From Macrostomum hystrix (lineage: Eukaryota; Animalia; Platyhelminthes), in NCBI GenBank assembly GCA_950097015.1, contig CATNEN010000008.1, forward strand, positions 3,100,001 through 3,164,000: DNA of 64,000 bases. Reading direction: 5' to 3'. A model generated the notes under the pieces. That model was given only the letters and a program-made list of their open reading frames with translations. It did not search any database and was not told the origin of the DNA. Both the position numbers and the translations under genes were made by a program. This document shows positions 1 to 13,910 of the stretch, in pieces. The number at the start of each line of letters is the position of its first letter. Positions within the stretch are counted from its first letter, which is position 1.

Positions 1-3000
1 GTCGCTGTCTTCGGGCAGGCAGCTGGGATCGGTGGCGGCGGACGAGGCTTGATGTTTGATGGCAACTGAACTGGGTTCTGTAGTGACTGAGTGTCAGTCG
101 CGACACGCAGAGTAACAATGGGATGGACAGAAATCGAGGAGACACAGGTACATACTCTAACATTGGGGTACATCTACCCAGACCTTTTCATTATCAGACT
201 GTAAAATCTCACTCATGGGCCGCCTAAATTGTACGATCAGTTCGATTAATCAGTCTGGGCCTTCCCCCTAAATTGATGTGTCCTCGCCACGGATTCGAAC
301 TCAGGAAGCTCTCGATCTCTCTCCCCGAAAGAGTGTCCGAAGCGGCCAATCAGGCTTGGAATCAGCCGGGGGACTCACAGGCTCGAGGATTCTGTTTCGT
401 AGTTGGTGAACTCGATCCGGATTCGCTCCCCTGGGCGCGCCTGGAACACGTAGTGGCAGGCGAGGCTCTCGGGGTAAGTGTGCGGGTAGTTCGGGCTGGT
501 GAAGCTGCCTCGGACGCTCTGCCAGCTGCGGAACTCGAAGTAGCAGTCGGCGCCACGATTCTGGTTCTTGAACTCGCCGCTAACGCCGTAGTCTGGAGAG
601 GAGGGGCAGTTGATGAAGAGTCGCCAATCACAGTCGCTCATGTACACGGGCTGTGAGCTGCTTGCCCTTTTGAGCTCGAACTCCTATATGCATTATCGAT
701 ATCTACGCTTGAAATGAGACAACTTCAGGTCATCATAGTTGACATGTGACTCGTGACTGACGTTAGAGAATCAGAGGTCCCTTATACTTCTACACGAAGC
801 CAATTCTTCTACACGGGGGCCAATCCTACAGGTATAAATTGCACCAACCAAACCCAGGTTTTAACTACCAGAACGCCTAAAATATCATGGATCGAGCAGT
901 TAATTCGGACATGCGCAACCGTGAGACCCCTCTCCACAACTGTACCGACCTCTCACGAAGCTGTAGGTGAATTCCAGTCCGCCGCGAGTCCTCGAATCTG
1001 CGGTGGCGTTGAAGGTGACGACCAGGCGGGCCAGACTGGAGCTCATGACGCGCACCGGACGGTCGCGGCTCACTCGGCAGAAGGCGAGCGGCGGTGCCGC
1101 CTCTTCGCGGTCTCCGCCACCTGGCTCCCGCAAGAACTTGGTGATGAGCACCCGGTCGCCGTCACTCCTGGCGCTGCAGCCCGCGCCGCTTAGCAACCCA
1201 GATGGCGGCGATGGTTCCAAATCGACGTGCCGCAGCTCCACGACGATTCGCTCATCCTTCACACCTCGAAGATCCCAGGTGCAGACGCCTCGCTTGTAGC
1301 CCAACGGGAAGTCGTGAGTTCGAACCTGGCCGGACAGCGGCGCCGAGCCTCTGATGATCACAGGCTCCCTTGGACAATCGGGAGAGGAGGCCGCTGTTGA
1401 TGACTGCGGCCTTGGCTGTGGCTTTGGCGGCGGCTGCGGCTGCGTCAATGGGATGAACGGACGCGTCGGTGGAGAAGGCGACGGTTTCAGCTGCATCGGT
1501 GGTGGCATCGACCGGCGGAAGAAGCGGTAAGTGGCGGCAAAGCCCAACTCGCCAGGACCAACAATGGCGTCGGAGCGAAACTCGAGCGTCAAATGGCGAC
1601 CCTCCGACCAGAAGTCGTCAACTGTGCGACGGCCGCACCGGGCTGTGACGCGGCTGCTGAAGTCGACGCCGTAGCCATCGAAAATCAGCAGACGGTCGCC
1701 AATGTAATCGATGCCGCAGGTCCTGCTAAAGGTAAGGAGTCTGTCTTATCTCTGTCCTCGTACCTTTTATTGTCGGTACCTGGCCTGGGCACCGAAATCC
1801 AACCACAGTCCGCATAAACTATAAAGCTGCGCCTCACCCAGTCTCCGAGCCCAGACTGAAGGCCGAGAAGCTGATGCAGACTGTTTCGTCCGGCTCGCCA
1901 AAGAACCTGTACGTGACACGGGCCAGCGGCGGATAGGCGCGGGGGAAGTCCGGGCTGGTGAAGCTGCCCTCCTTGGCGTTGCTGCTAAAGAACTGATGCT
2001 GCAGTTCAGCGTACTGCGGCCTCTGCGATGGAAATCCTGCGAATCCGGGACAGTTTTTGAGGTTTTGCGACTTGTAAAAGCTAGCTCGTAGCTTGTAAAT
2101 TCGTCGAAAAGACGGATATAATTTAGGATTTTAGGAGTCGGGATTCGATCTACTCAAAAGCTAGTCACCCGATCCGATCGCTGCCGCGGCGACATCTTTG
2201 TCCAGTGGGGGCGTTGGCTGCAGCATGTGCCTAGCAACGAAGGCGAAGCGCCCGGCAAAGCCGGACCCCGTAGCCGCATCGGAGTTTGCCTGGAAGCGCA
2301 GCTTCAACACGCCAGCCGGGCTGACAACCTGCTGGCGAGTTTTCGGCGAGCAGTTGGTGGAGAAACTGGCCAGGAGGTTCGAGTCGTCCTTGTCTGAGTC
2401 GAAGACCAGGACTCGATCCTGACTGCTCGAGTCTGTGCTGTGGCAGCCTCCAGTGTCGTTCCCCGTGTACGGGTCACTGCCGAGGCTCAGGCCTTGAAGG
2501 TCCAGACGGATCCGCTCGCCATTCAACGCTCGGAAGACGTAAGTACAGGATGCATCTGGTGGATAGTTCTGTGGATGCTGCGGTGAGAAAAACTTGCCTG
2601 ACTTCACCTGGTCAGTGCTCCAGAACTGGTAGTCGCAGGCTGAGTTGGCGACGGCATGTCCATCCATCCTGTACTGTTCTGTATAGTGAGTGAAATGACA
2701 GTCTATCAGTGTTCTGTACTGTTCTGTACAGAGAGTGTGCTCAGTCTATCAGTGTCCTGTACTGTTTTGTATGCTGAGTGTGATGACAGTCTATCAGTGT
2801 CCTGTACTGACCACGATGTTGTCCAGATCGTCCAGTTGTCTCGAGGCCCTACTAGCACAAAATTTAAACGCATGTTCTGGCAAACACAGCGAATAATGAA
2901 GTGTTTGGCTAGTCGAAGGTGGTATAGCACCGCGAGAATGGCTCGGGTTTCTTTTACAGAGGCCGCAGCCAGGCATCAGATTCTCATGAGAGTGCATCTG

Positions 3001-6000
3001 CTCTTTTCAATTAACTTGTCGTAGGGAGGGGAGAAGCAAATTTGCATACGGCAAGCCGTTAATTAGCATTGATTTTTTTCTTCGAATGTATAAGGAATCT
3101 TCTGGTCTAGTCCATTGGTTAGGAACGAGCGTGACAATCCATTGTCAATGTGGCCTGCATTTGAATGAATCGAACTCTCTGCTTTGTTGTCTGCACTCGT
3201 CCTGCTCTCTATCAACTTACCGACGGAGCGGAAGTGAAAGGTGCCCCGGAAGCCGGAGTAGACGGGCACTGCCGGGTGCACCGCGCCAGGCTCCGTGTGC
3301 AGCTCCAGCATGAGAATCCTGGTGGACGAGTAGAACTGGCGCTGTGGCAGCTGGCTGCCGCACACCTCATAGTTGGGCCGGTCGCCGGGGCTCAGCTCGG
3401 CACGAGGACTGTCCAGGAACAGGCGAACGAAGTCCTCACAACTGGAACATTAGTGGCAGGCGTTACATACGAGCGTATTTTAGTCTGTATTTATTACCTT
3501 TCTTTTTAAGACCCTTTCAAGACCAAGACTTCATTAGTGCCATCTCCTTCTAGTCTTTAGTGTCGTCTCCTTCAAGTCTTTAGTGTGATCTCAGAATCTT
3601 TAGTGTCATCTCCTTCAAGTCTTTAGTGTCGTCTCCTTCAAGTCTTTATTCTAATCTAATTTAGCTCTTTAGTGTCGTCTCCTTCAGGTCATCATTGTCT
3701 TCTCCTTCAGGACTTTAGTGTCATCTCCTTCAGGTCTCCAGTGTCGTCTCAGAATCTTTTGTGTCATCTCTTATAGTCTTGTAAGCTGTCTTAAACTGTC
3801 ACCTCAGTTTATCTCAGGTCTTCAGTGCTATGTCCACTAAAATTTGTACTGAAACACTTCCAGGTGGTTGATTGTTTAGTGGAATTTTAGATTAGGATGA
3901 TATTATAAGATTATTCCTAAATTCACACCAGCTTGTGAGATTTCCCAGTATAGATGCTATTAATGAATAGTGTAGTACGAGCTAGATGCTAACTGGGGAT
4001 TTGCAAGGATGAAGCTCACCTAATCCCTTGCGCAGCTCAGAAGCACACGAGACAAGCACACCCACACATGCTAAGCGTCGACTTAAGCAACGTTCTCAAC
4101 ACATAATTACGGAATTACGAGCTATAGAACGATCATCTGCTATAGCCACTAATGAGAGACTGCAGCAGTGGTAGCAGCGGCAGCTAAGCTAAAATTATTC
4201 AAAGCTAGCGGCATGTGAACTAGTCGAGACATTGCTTCAAAGTCAAAGTAGTTGTCAGACTCAAAGAAAACTATATGCAGGCCACCCTCGGCTCCTGGAC
4301 CAAAAACCATAGTCGCACACGCCTCACACCACCCTGTCTGTCGTAACCTGTCCTTGCTAGGCTTCAATAGCCTTTGAAAACCAATACACAATATAGTGTA
4401 TATAGAGCAGGTGCTTCTTGCTTCTTGCTTATCGGGAAGTTCACATACTTTATACACTTCTGTTGCTGCAATTTATTAGGAGTCATTGTTCCATTTTTGT
4501 ATCGTTTAAACTGCAAAGCGGGGTGATTAAACACAATGTTTAAATGGCCAATATAACATCAAAAACGCATGCTAGGATCTTTTTTGTGCAACTGTATGAC
4601 ACAAAGTCTCACTCTGGACTGCATGTAGATTTAGAAGTAACAGTATGTAATTACGCTTGTTACATACACGCTTGTACAGAAGAACCTAAGGACGCGAAGG
4701 ACAAAGAATTAATGGCTAAAACTGGGATCTGAGCAAATTATTTGGTCCCTAAACTGTACTCGTCCATCCCAATACGCATATCCACGCTGAGAGTGATTTC
4801 CCATAAACAGATCCACCCTAAGAGCCATTTCCCATACTTAGATCCACCCCAAGATCCATTTCCCATACACAGATCCAACCTAAGAGCCATTTCCCATACT
4901 TAGATCCACCCTGAGAGCCATTTCCCATACTTAGATCAACCCTAAGAGCCATTTCCCATACTTAGATCCACCCCAAGATCCATTTCCCATACACAGATCC
5001 AACCTAAGAGCCATTTCCCATACTTAGATCCACCCTGAGAGCCATTTCCCATACTTAGATCAACCCTAAGAGCCATTTCCCATACTTAGATCCACCCTGA
5101 GAGCCATTTCCTATACACAGATCCACCCTAAGAGCCATTTCCCATACTTAGATCCACCCTAAGAGCCATTTCCCATACACAGATCCACCCTAAGAGCCAT
5201 TTCCCATACTTAGATCCACCCTGAGAGCCATTTCCCATACTTAGATCAACCCTAAGAGCCATTTCCCATACTTAGATCCACCCTGAGAGCCATTTCCTAT
5301 ACACAGATCCACCCTAAGAGCCATTTCCCATACTTAGATCTACCCTAAGAGCCATTTCCCATACTTAGATCCACCCTAAGAGCCATTTCCCATACTTAGA
5401 TCCACCCTGAGAGCCATTTCCCATACTTAGATCCACCCTAAGAGCCATTTCCCATACTTAGATCCACCCTGAGAGCCATTTCCTATACACAGATCCACCC
5501 TAAGAGCCATTTCCCATACTTAGATCCACCCTAAGAGCCATTTCCCATACTTAGATCTACCCTAAGAGCCATTTCCCATACTTAGATCCACTCTGAGAGC
5601 CAATTCCTATACACAGATCCACCCTGAGAGCCAATTCCTATACACAGATCCACCCTGAGAGCCATTTCCCATACTTAGATCCACCCTAAGAGCCATTTCC
5701 CATACTTAGATCCACCCTAAGAGCCATTTCCCATACTTAGATCCACCCTAAGAGCCATTTCCCATACTTAGATCCACCCTAAGAGCCATTTCCCATACTT
5801 AGATCCACCCTAAGAGCCATTTCCCATACTTAGATCCACCCTAAGAGCCATTTCCCATACTTAGATCCACCCTAAGAGCCATTTCCTATACACAGATCCC
5901 CCCTAAGAGCCATTTCCCATACTTAGATCCACCCTAAGAGCCATTTCCCATACTTAGATCCACCCTAAGAGCCATTTCCTATACACAGATCCACCCTAAG

Positions 6001-9000
6001 AGCCATTTCCCATACTTAGATCCACCCTAAGAGCCATTTCCCATACACAGATCCACCCTAAGAGCCATTTCCCATACACAGATCCACCCTAAGAGCCATT
6101 TCCCATACTTAGATCCACCCTAAGAGCCATTTCCCATACTTAGATCCACCCTAAGAGCCATTTCCCATACTTAGATCCACCCTAAGAGCCATTTCCCATA
6201 CTTAGATCCACCCTAAGAGCCATTTCCCATACTTAGATCTACCCTAAGAGCCATTTCCCATACTTAGATCCACTCTGAGAGCCAATTCCTATACACAGAT
6301 CCACCCTGAGAGCCAATTCCTATACACAGATCCACCCTGAGAGCCATTTCCCATACTTAGATCCACCCTAAGAGCCATTTCCCATACTTAGATCTACCCT
6401 AAGAGCCATTTCCCATACTTAGATCCACCCTAAGAGCCATTTCCCATACTTAGATCTACCCTAAGAGCCATTTCCCATACTTAGATCCACCCTAAGAGCC
6501 ATTTCCCATACTTAGATCCACCCTGAGAGCCATTTCCTATACACAGATACACCCTAAGAGCCATTTCCCATACTTTGATCCACCCTGAGAGCCATTTCCT
6601 ATACACAGATCCACCCTGAGAGCCATTTCCCATACACAGATCCACCCTGAGAGCCATTTCCCATACGCAGATCCACACTGAGAGCCATTTCCCATACACA
6701 GATCCACCCGGAGAGCCATTTCCCATACACAGATACACCCTTAGAGCCATTTCCCATACTTAGATCCACCCTGAGAGCCATTTCCCATACACAGATCCAC
6801 CCTGAGAGCCATTTCCCATACTTAGATCCACTCTGAGAGCCAATTCCCATACTTTGATCCACCCTGAGAGCCATTTCCTATACACAGATCCACCCTGAGA
6901 GCCATTTCCCATACACAGATCCACCCTGAGAGCCATTTCCCATACGCAGATCCACACTGAGAGCCATTTCCCATACACAGATCCACCCGGAGAGCCATTT
7001 CCCATACACAGATACACCCTTAGAGCCATTTCCCATACTTAGATCCACCCTGAGAGCCATTTCCCATACACAGATCCACCCTGAGAGCCATTTCCCATAC
7101 ACAGATCCACCCTGAGAGCCATTTCCCATACACAGATCCACCCTGAGAGCCATTTCCCATACTTAGATCCACTCTGAGAGCCAATTCCTATACACAGATC
7201 CACCCTGAGAGCCATTTCCCATACTTAGATCCACTCTGAGAGCCAATTCCCATACTTAGATCCACTCTGAGAGCCATTTCCTATACACAGATCCACCCTG
7301 AGAGCCATTTCCCATACGCAGATCCACACTGAGAGCCATTTCCTATACACAGATCCACCCTGAGAGCCATTTCCCATACATAGAGCTGCGCTGAGCCATT
7401 TCCCATACACAAAAAAATTACGCACCGCGAGCCACCATGCTGCGCTGGTTTCAGTGAGAACTCCTCGAAGCTCAGGTGCACGATCTCGCCCACATCAGCC
7501 ACGAACACATAGAGCAGGCAGGGCAGTTCCAGCGGGTATGGCTCCGGATGCCTTGGTGACTTGAACACGCCGGATTTCTTGGTAAGGCCGCTTTGGAACT
7601 GCCGACATCGGCAACCTGGGAAGGTGCAGAAAAACAGCACGGATCGAAACAATAGGTCTTTGTGGCCTACAAAAATTAAGCGAAACTGCTTTGCTGTACA
7701 TTGTCGAAGTAACATTAACGAGCAATAATAAAGATCGCAGGCTAATAAAATATTATTTGCCTAGCATATGTACATTCGTACATCAGGTTATAAAGATCGC
7801 AGGCTAATAAAATATTATTTGCCTAGCATATGTACATTCGTACATCAGCTTTATTTTACATACTCGACGCTCGTTGACAGTACAGTGGGGTCCTGGGGTC
7901 TGGGGTCTGTAGCTCCCAAACCAAATGACAGACATTCGAGAAAGTCCACCAAATGTATAAAACTTTGGCCCGGGTGATGATATAATGGACAGCTGACATT
8001 GCTCGATAAACATCTATGGCGCACCCATATTGGTTCAATAATATACATATTAACAATAAACTTGACACAATATAACCCAGCAATGATTGCAGACATGGTC
8101 AAATGTTAAACTTATTTGACACCCCGATACCACTAGACACCCCGACGAGAATCATTGAATATCTCGACGGTGCCGATGTTTTGTGATTCTGGAAATTGTT
8201 TCATCGAATAGGTTGAACATTTTGGGAGATACGTAAAAAAGGAAAAAGTGGGTATTTAAGAGTTATCGAAAAAGATTAAATACGAAAAAGCATTTTAATC
8301 TCCAAGTTCCAAAACATTTTCTGCTCAGCTGATTGTCCAGTTCAGTGATTGACTCCGCTAACTCCGCCCATTTGACGTTCAAACGACAGGTTAAAAAATG
8401 CAATTCAACTGAGTGCTTCGCGCGTGCTTGAGCATATCTTTGCCATTCTTTGGCCGTCCGGAGCTCTTAAACCATATCCGGACTGATGGGGGCGGAGAGT
8501 GGGCAGCTCGGTCAACCCAAGGCATTAGCAGCGCAACTCAGGGAAATGAAGGCCAATGAAATATACTCATAATTTGATGGATCAGATGAAGAGTATCCAT
8601 TTTTTAATGTGGGACTGCAGTAGAGACTCTGATACATTGTCCTTTCTCTCTTAATCTCCGATTCCACCAGTCATTTGAATGCACAAATCAATTTGGACAT
8701 CAAAATATTATCTATCTATAATGATTTTGCCATTCATAGTACAAGTAGTAATCAATAAGAGTCGGTTTGGAGTTAACCTTGAGTTAGTCGTTGATTCGCC
8801 GACCCCACCTAAATTGGCACAGTTTTAGCCAACTAAAAAGGATTAGATTAGATGGAGCTCTCCTGGCGATTAAAAAGCAACTCACACACACGCCAGACCG
8901 GACCACCCACAGCCCACTCGGATTAATTGCAGATGACACCCTGGGCTTGCCTTCACTGCCCATACCCCCGCCCCCTATTATTAAACTCTCATCAAAGCAC

Positions 9001-12000
9001 CAAACCCACCATCCGCTAAAACGAATGTACATTCGCCAAGCACACTGTACATCACTCAGTCCCAGGGGAATGGAAAATTCCAACACTGCAGCCTAGTGAG
9101 AGGTCCAGTGGTGCACATTTCAAATTAGCTTTATTTATTTACTGTTAACGGACCATTACGAAGTCTGGACCCCAAAGTCAGTCAAATACAAGAGAACAAA
9201 TTAAATAACAAAATTACTAAAAATTTCACCATTTAATGCATACATAATTAGCTTTGACTAATTTAGCTCGAATTAAATTTTTGCTAGTAGCATAATCTTC
9301 TCGGATCCGATACAAAATCCTTCTACCCACCTTTAATAATTGTCTTTTATTAGGGCTACCGCTTCGCTTTGTTTATACGGGCTCTAATTTGTCTTAATGC
9401 TTTCCAGTTGGTAATCAGGGCCCGGCAGGAGGCAGTGGGAAGGTAGGAGATCGCGGCCAGCTCAACTCCATCTCCCTGTCTCTCGCACTCCTATCATTTC
9501 TGTCACCCCAGCACTCAGGAATTCTTGCCTTGATATCAAATCTAATTATTGCGGCACTAATTACCCGGCCTACGAGGAAGGACGCGCGAGAGGTGGCAAA
9601 GTATAGAGATGAGAGGAGATAGAGAAAGCTTTCCAAGAATTATGAGAGCAGCTCGAACCCCCGACTCAGCCAGGAGTTGCAGAGAGAGCTAACTTGAGTG
9701 CTTCCGTATTTTTTATAAAAGTAATATTTTTCAATTGAAATAAGAGCAAGCATGCGCTGGACAGATGACTGCCTTTCAAGGGGACTCCACTTGTACTTTT
9801 CTGGTACTTGCCAAATTTGACAGAACTGGCATGCGGCTTCTGTTGGTTCTTCTTTTGATGCTGCCCCAAATATATTCTTTTTATACCCCCAAACTTCATT
9901 CTCATTCCCTAAAATCGTTATCCTGCCATCCTTATCCTCACCCGACCATCCTTATCATCACCCGACCATCCTTATCCTCACCCGACCATCCTTATCCTCA
10001 CCCGACCATCCTTATCATCACCCGACCATCCTTATCCTCACCCGACCATCCTTATCCTCACCCAACTATCCTTATCCTCACCCGACCATCCTTATCCTCA
10101 CCCAACTATCCTTATCCTCACCTGACCATCCTTATCCTCACCCGACCATCCTTATGCTGATCCCAAGGATCGCAATCCTGATATCAATTATCTCTATCCT
10201 GATCCCAATAATAATTTCTATCCTGATCCCAATCATCTCTATTCTGATCCCAGTCATCTCTATTCTGATCCCAATCATCTCTATCCTGATCCCAATCATC
10301 TCTATCCTTATGCCAACCAGGATAAAGGGCCTGGAGTTAGAATCCTTTATTCGTTGCATGCCGGTGAGTTTTCATCCCGCTGCCTCTTTCTCTCCCATTG
10401 CTCCTCCTGACTGAGATCGTTTAGATCGCACAATGTGGTGACCCGAAGATGACCTTGGAGTTGAGTTTATTGCAGGCTAGATCGGAGTCCTGGGGTTCGT
10501 GAAGACAAATTAGTCGCCTCATTAGGAATCGTTGGGCCTCTCTGCAATTAGCATCCTGTTCCTCGGCTCCCAGGGTCAAGGGGAAATGGAATTTCAGGTG
10601 CAGAGAAAGTGGCAACAGTGTTAATTTTCTCCTGTGTATCAATCGATGTGAGTAGTTGATCAACAATCGGAAAATCGCATTCACGAGTACAATTGTTAAT
10701 TTAAGTAGCAGCTATGGACATAAGAAACGTTGAGCAATCTAAACTAACTAAAACGTTACAACTCAACCCAACTAATTGGCTCACAAAACTTGTTGCTATG
10801 CTCAACATCCCCAACAAGCAGTATTTCGCAGCTCACACGATCTCCCATACAGGCAATAATCCTCTGGATAAGTCAGAAGGGGATAAATCTGGGAATAGTT
10901 TTTCTGCTTGGGAGAGCCAAATGCGAAACGGGATGCACTACTATATGAGCAACTACTTCTCAGCGAAGAATTTGGCGATATAATTTATTGTAGCAGGCCC
11001 CACAATCACTAGGATATAAAGCACAGTCCACATAGATACGAGTACAAACCAAGAGCTTTTCTCTGAGACAGGCCAGAAAATTGGTTGCTGCTGATATTTA
11101 TTATAATTATTAACTTTAAATTCTTTTTTTTCTGCTCAAAGGGGAGGAGACAGTAAAATATAACTGCACGAGGTCTGACAGTTGCGGGACTGACTTTTTC
11201 AAATTTCACCACTTGAAACCTCCCAAAATGCGCACAGCGCAGACCTATTGAAAAAGCAAAATCGATATGATTTTAGTTGAAACAGGACTGACTTGAGTCC
11301 AGATATAAGTCTTCGGTGTCAGAAAGTTTCAGTTATTCATCAAAGCAAGCATGCTATATACTCGTATGCGGGGTGAATAGGCGACAGCCTAAACTGGCCT
11401 TGAAATCTGATTGGCTGACGAAGGAAAATTTGTTACTATTTTTAGAAAATATTTTGGGAATCCCATTATTTCAACAACGCCAATCTACGCACGTGACTAG
11501 CCTCGGCCAATTAAAATTTGAAGTCCGATGTCTGGCGCATAGAGAGGTACATGCTCATATTTTGAGCATGCATGTATGAGCACGTGATGTATATATAGAG
11601 GCTGTTTAATTATGGAAGGCTATCCCGGTTTCCAGCTCATGGAAAACCATTTTCGCCTTAATATGATTGGGCAATGATAATAACCTGTGGCAAAATTCCA
11701 AAAATATTCGGATAAAAAACGGTTTCTTCATGGCCAAAAACCACGAAAAACTAACTTCTGCTACTTAATCGTTCATCGTGATCGTTGGTTCAATTTAGTG
11801 CGATGGGTTCAATCTGCCCAGGCCCCAGGACCCACAACTGATCGCTGGCTGACTGTCAGCTTACGTGCGTCAGTGGCATAAGTGAACTCGTCTTGCTGGC
11901 AGTAAATCCTCTCGAACCCTGGCGCATCGCTGAAGCCGCTGCCGCCGCCTCCGCTGCCACCACCGCTGCTGACAAAGCTGCCTCGCTGCCTCGCTTCAGC

Positions 12001-12188
12001 TTTATGATTTAGTCATTGTTATTAAATTTCGATGCATCATCAGACTGCTGCTGAAAAAGAGTCGGAATAAAAAATGCAGGTAAAAAGCTCCACTTACCGT
12101 GATGTATCGCCTGACAGAGCATGAGAGCAGTGCTGGACAGAAACAGCAGCTGCTGAAGTCGCTGTCTGACGCAAGCTCCTCCGATCAT
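1..12188 (-). CDS. Secreted multi-CUB-domain protein (SOL-1/suppressor-of-lurcher-like), multi-exon, 3' end outside the window. Exons: 12098-12188, 11865-11999, 7426-7615, 3221-3441, 2812-2848 (tentative), 2169-2668, 1838-2036, 957-1722, 379-650, <=70
   Basis: Signal-peptide-like start MIGGACVRQRLQQLLFLSSTALMLCQA, then repeated CUB motifs: GVFKSPRHPEPYP, GKFFSPQHPQNYPPDASCTYVF, GSFTSPDFPRAYP, CTWDLRGVKDERIVVELRHVDL, GSFTSPNYPHTYPESLACHYVF. GT-AG sites and intron phases checked by hand are mutually consistent; the 957 donor and the last exon are less certain. Family assignment is from motif recall, not a search. Confidence 0.85.
3530..3785. repeat. Degenerate ~23-bp tandem repeat (TCTTTAGTGTCGTCTCCTTCAAG)
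   Basis: Visible iterations in the CUB-gene intron. Confidence 0.7.
4777..7410. repeat. 31-bp minisatellite AGATCCACCCTAAGAGCCATTTCCCATACTT, ~85 copies, intronic
   Basis: Period of 31 read directly; the array ends about 10 nt from the donor at 7425. Confidence 0.97.
7728..7848. repeat. Direct tandem duplication with a 62-bp period
   Basis: ATAAAGATCGCAGGCTAATAAAATATTATTTGCCTAGCATATGTACATTCGTACATCAG occurs twice. Confidence 0.9.
9925..10315. repeat. Compound array: 20-bp CATCCTTATCCTCACCCGAC then 21-bp TATCCTGATCCCAATCATCTC
   Basis: Read directly from the sequence. Confidence 0.9.
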
Positions 12189-12883
12189 CACGACCGCTGC
12201 TGCTGCTGATGTGTTGCGGGAAGCAGTTATTGAGGATTCTTTTCAGGGGTCAGAATTCCCTCAGATCTGGTGGACGATATCGCGCTGGGGCTTAGCTCCA
12301 ATGCAGAGGGGATTCCGTGGCCTTGAAGCCTGAGTCAGTGGCTCCTCCAGTTTCTACACTCTGTGACTCGGCCATCCATCAACATGCGATCCTGGCGGCC
12401 TTCTCTCTGGGATCTAACCAGGCTGGGATTAATCTAAGCGATGAGGGAGATCTACGGCCACGGGGAGATTGTTTGACAAGCTCCAGCTTTTGTTCTTCCA
12501 TAACTACCATGGGATCTGGGGATATCACGCTCGCTCCAGTCGCCCCCGGTGAGGATTCCGAACTCAGATTGGTCGGGTGCAGCAACGACCAATGAGGGCA
12601 TAACAACACGGCACAATGGCTCGTGACTCCCTCTTGCTCCGATTTGCAAACGAGCAAACAGAGACAGCCAAGTTTCACAGCTAAAGTTCAATGCTGATAA
12701 TCTTGGAGTTGTGGCAGTAAACTTGTGCGCTGGTGTGCGCTGTGACTGTGATTGATTGTACGCTGGACAAATTAGTGCTTTTCTAGGGACTCCGCTTGTA
12801 CTTTTCTGGTACTAGCCAACTTTGACAGGACTGGCATGCGGCTTCTGCAAGTTCTTCTCTTGATCCTGCCCCAAATATCTACT

Positions 12884-13910
12884 CCTTATCCTCACCCAAC
12901 CATCCTTATCCTAACCCAACCATCCTTATCCTCACCCAACCATCCTTATCCTCAACCGACCATCCTTATCCTCACCCGAACATCCTTATCCTCAACCGAC
13001 CATCCTTATCCTCACCCGAACATCCTTATCCTCACCCGAACATCCTTATCCTCAACCGACCATCCTTATCCTCACCCGACCATCCTTATCCTCACCCGAC
13101 CATCCTTATCCTCACCCGACCATCCTTATCATCACCCGACCATCCTTGACCTCACCGGACAGTCCATTATCTCACCCGACCATCCTTATCCTCACCCGAC
13201 CATCCTTATCCTCACCCGACCATTTTTATCCTCACTCGACCATTTTTATCCTCACCCGATCATCCTCATCCTCACCCGACCATCCTTTTGCTGATCCCAA
13301 TTATCTCTATCCAGATCCCAATTATCTCTATCCTGATCCCAATTATCTCTATCCTGATCCCAATTATCACTATCCTGATCCCAATTATCTCTATCCTGAT
13401 CCCAATTATCACTATCCTGATCCCAATTATCTCTATCCTGATCCCAATTATCACTATCCTGATCCCAATTATCTCTATCCTGATCCCAATTATCACTATC
13501 CTGATCCCAATTATCTCTATCCTGATCTCAATTATCACTATCCTGATCCCAATTATCTCTATCCTGATCCCAATTATCTCTATCCTGATCCAAATTATCT
13601 CTATCCTGATCCCAATTATCACTATCCTGATCCCAATTATCTCTATCCTGATCCCAATTATCTCTATCCTGATCCCAATTATCACTATCCTGATCCCAAT
13701 TATCTCTATCCTGATCCCAATTATCACTATCCTGATCCCAATTATCTCTATCCTGATTCCAATTATCTCTATCCTGATCCCAATTATCTCTATCCTGATC
13801 CCAATTATCACTATCCTGATCCCAATTATCTCTATCCTGATCCCAATTATCTCTATCCTGATCCCAATTATCTCTATCCTGATCCCAATTATCTTTATCC
13901 TAATCCCAAT
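12884..13910. repeat. Compound array: the same 20-bp unit then 21-bp TATCCTGATCCCAATTATCTC
   Basis: Read directly; expanded paralog of the 9925-10315 array. Confidence 0.93.

Noticed and set aside
8400-10990. Possible decayed LINE fragments (also the coding-like stretch at 3990-4460)
   Set aside because: Short, stop-ridden frames with no diagnostic RT or endonuclease motif that I can confirm.
12568-12593. Inverted CCAAT pair (ATTGGTCG...CGACCAAT) upstream of the CUB gene
   Set aside because: An 8-bp stem and CCAAT motifs are frequent by chance, and the transcription start is unknown.
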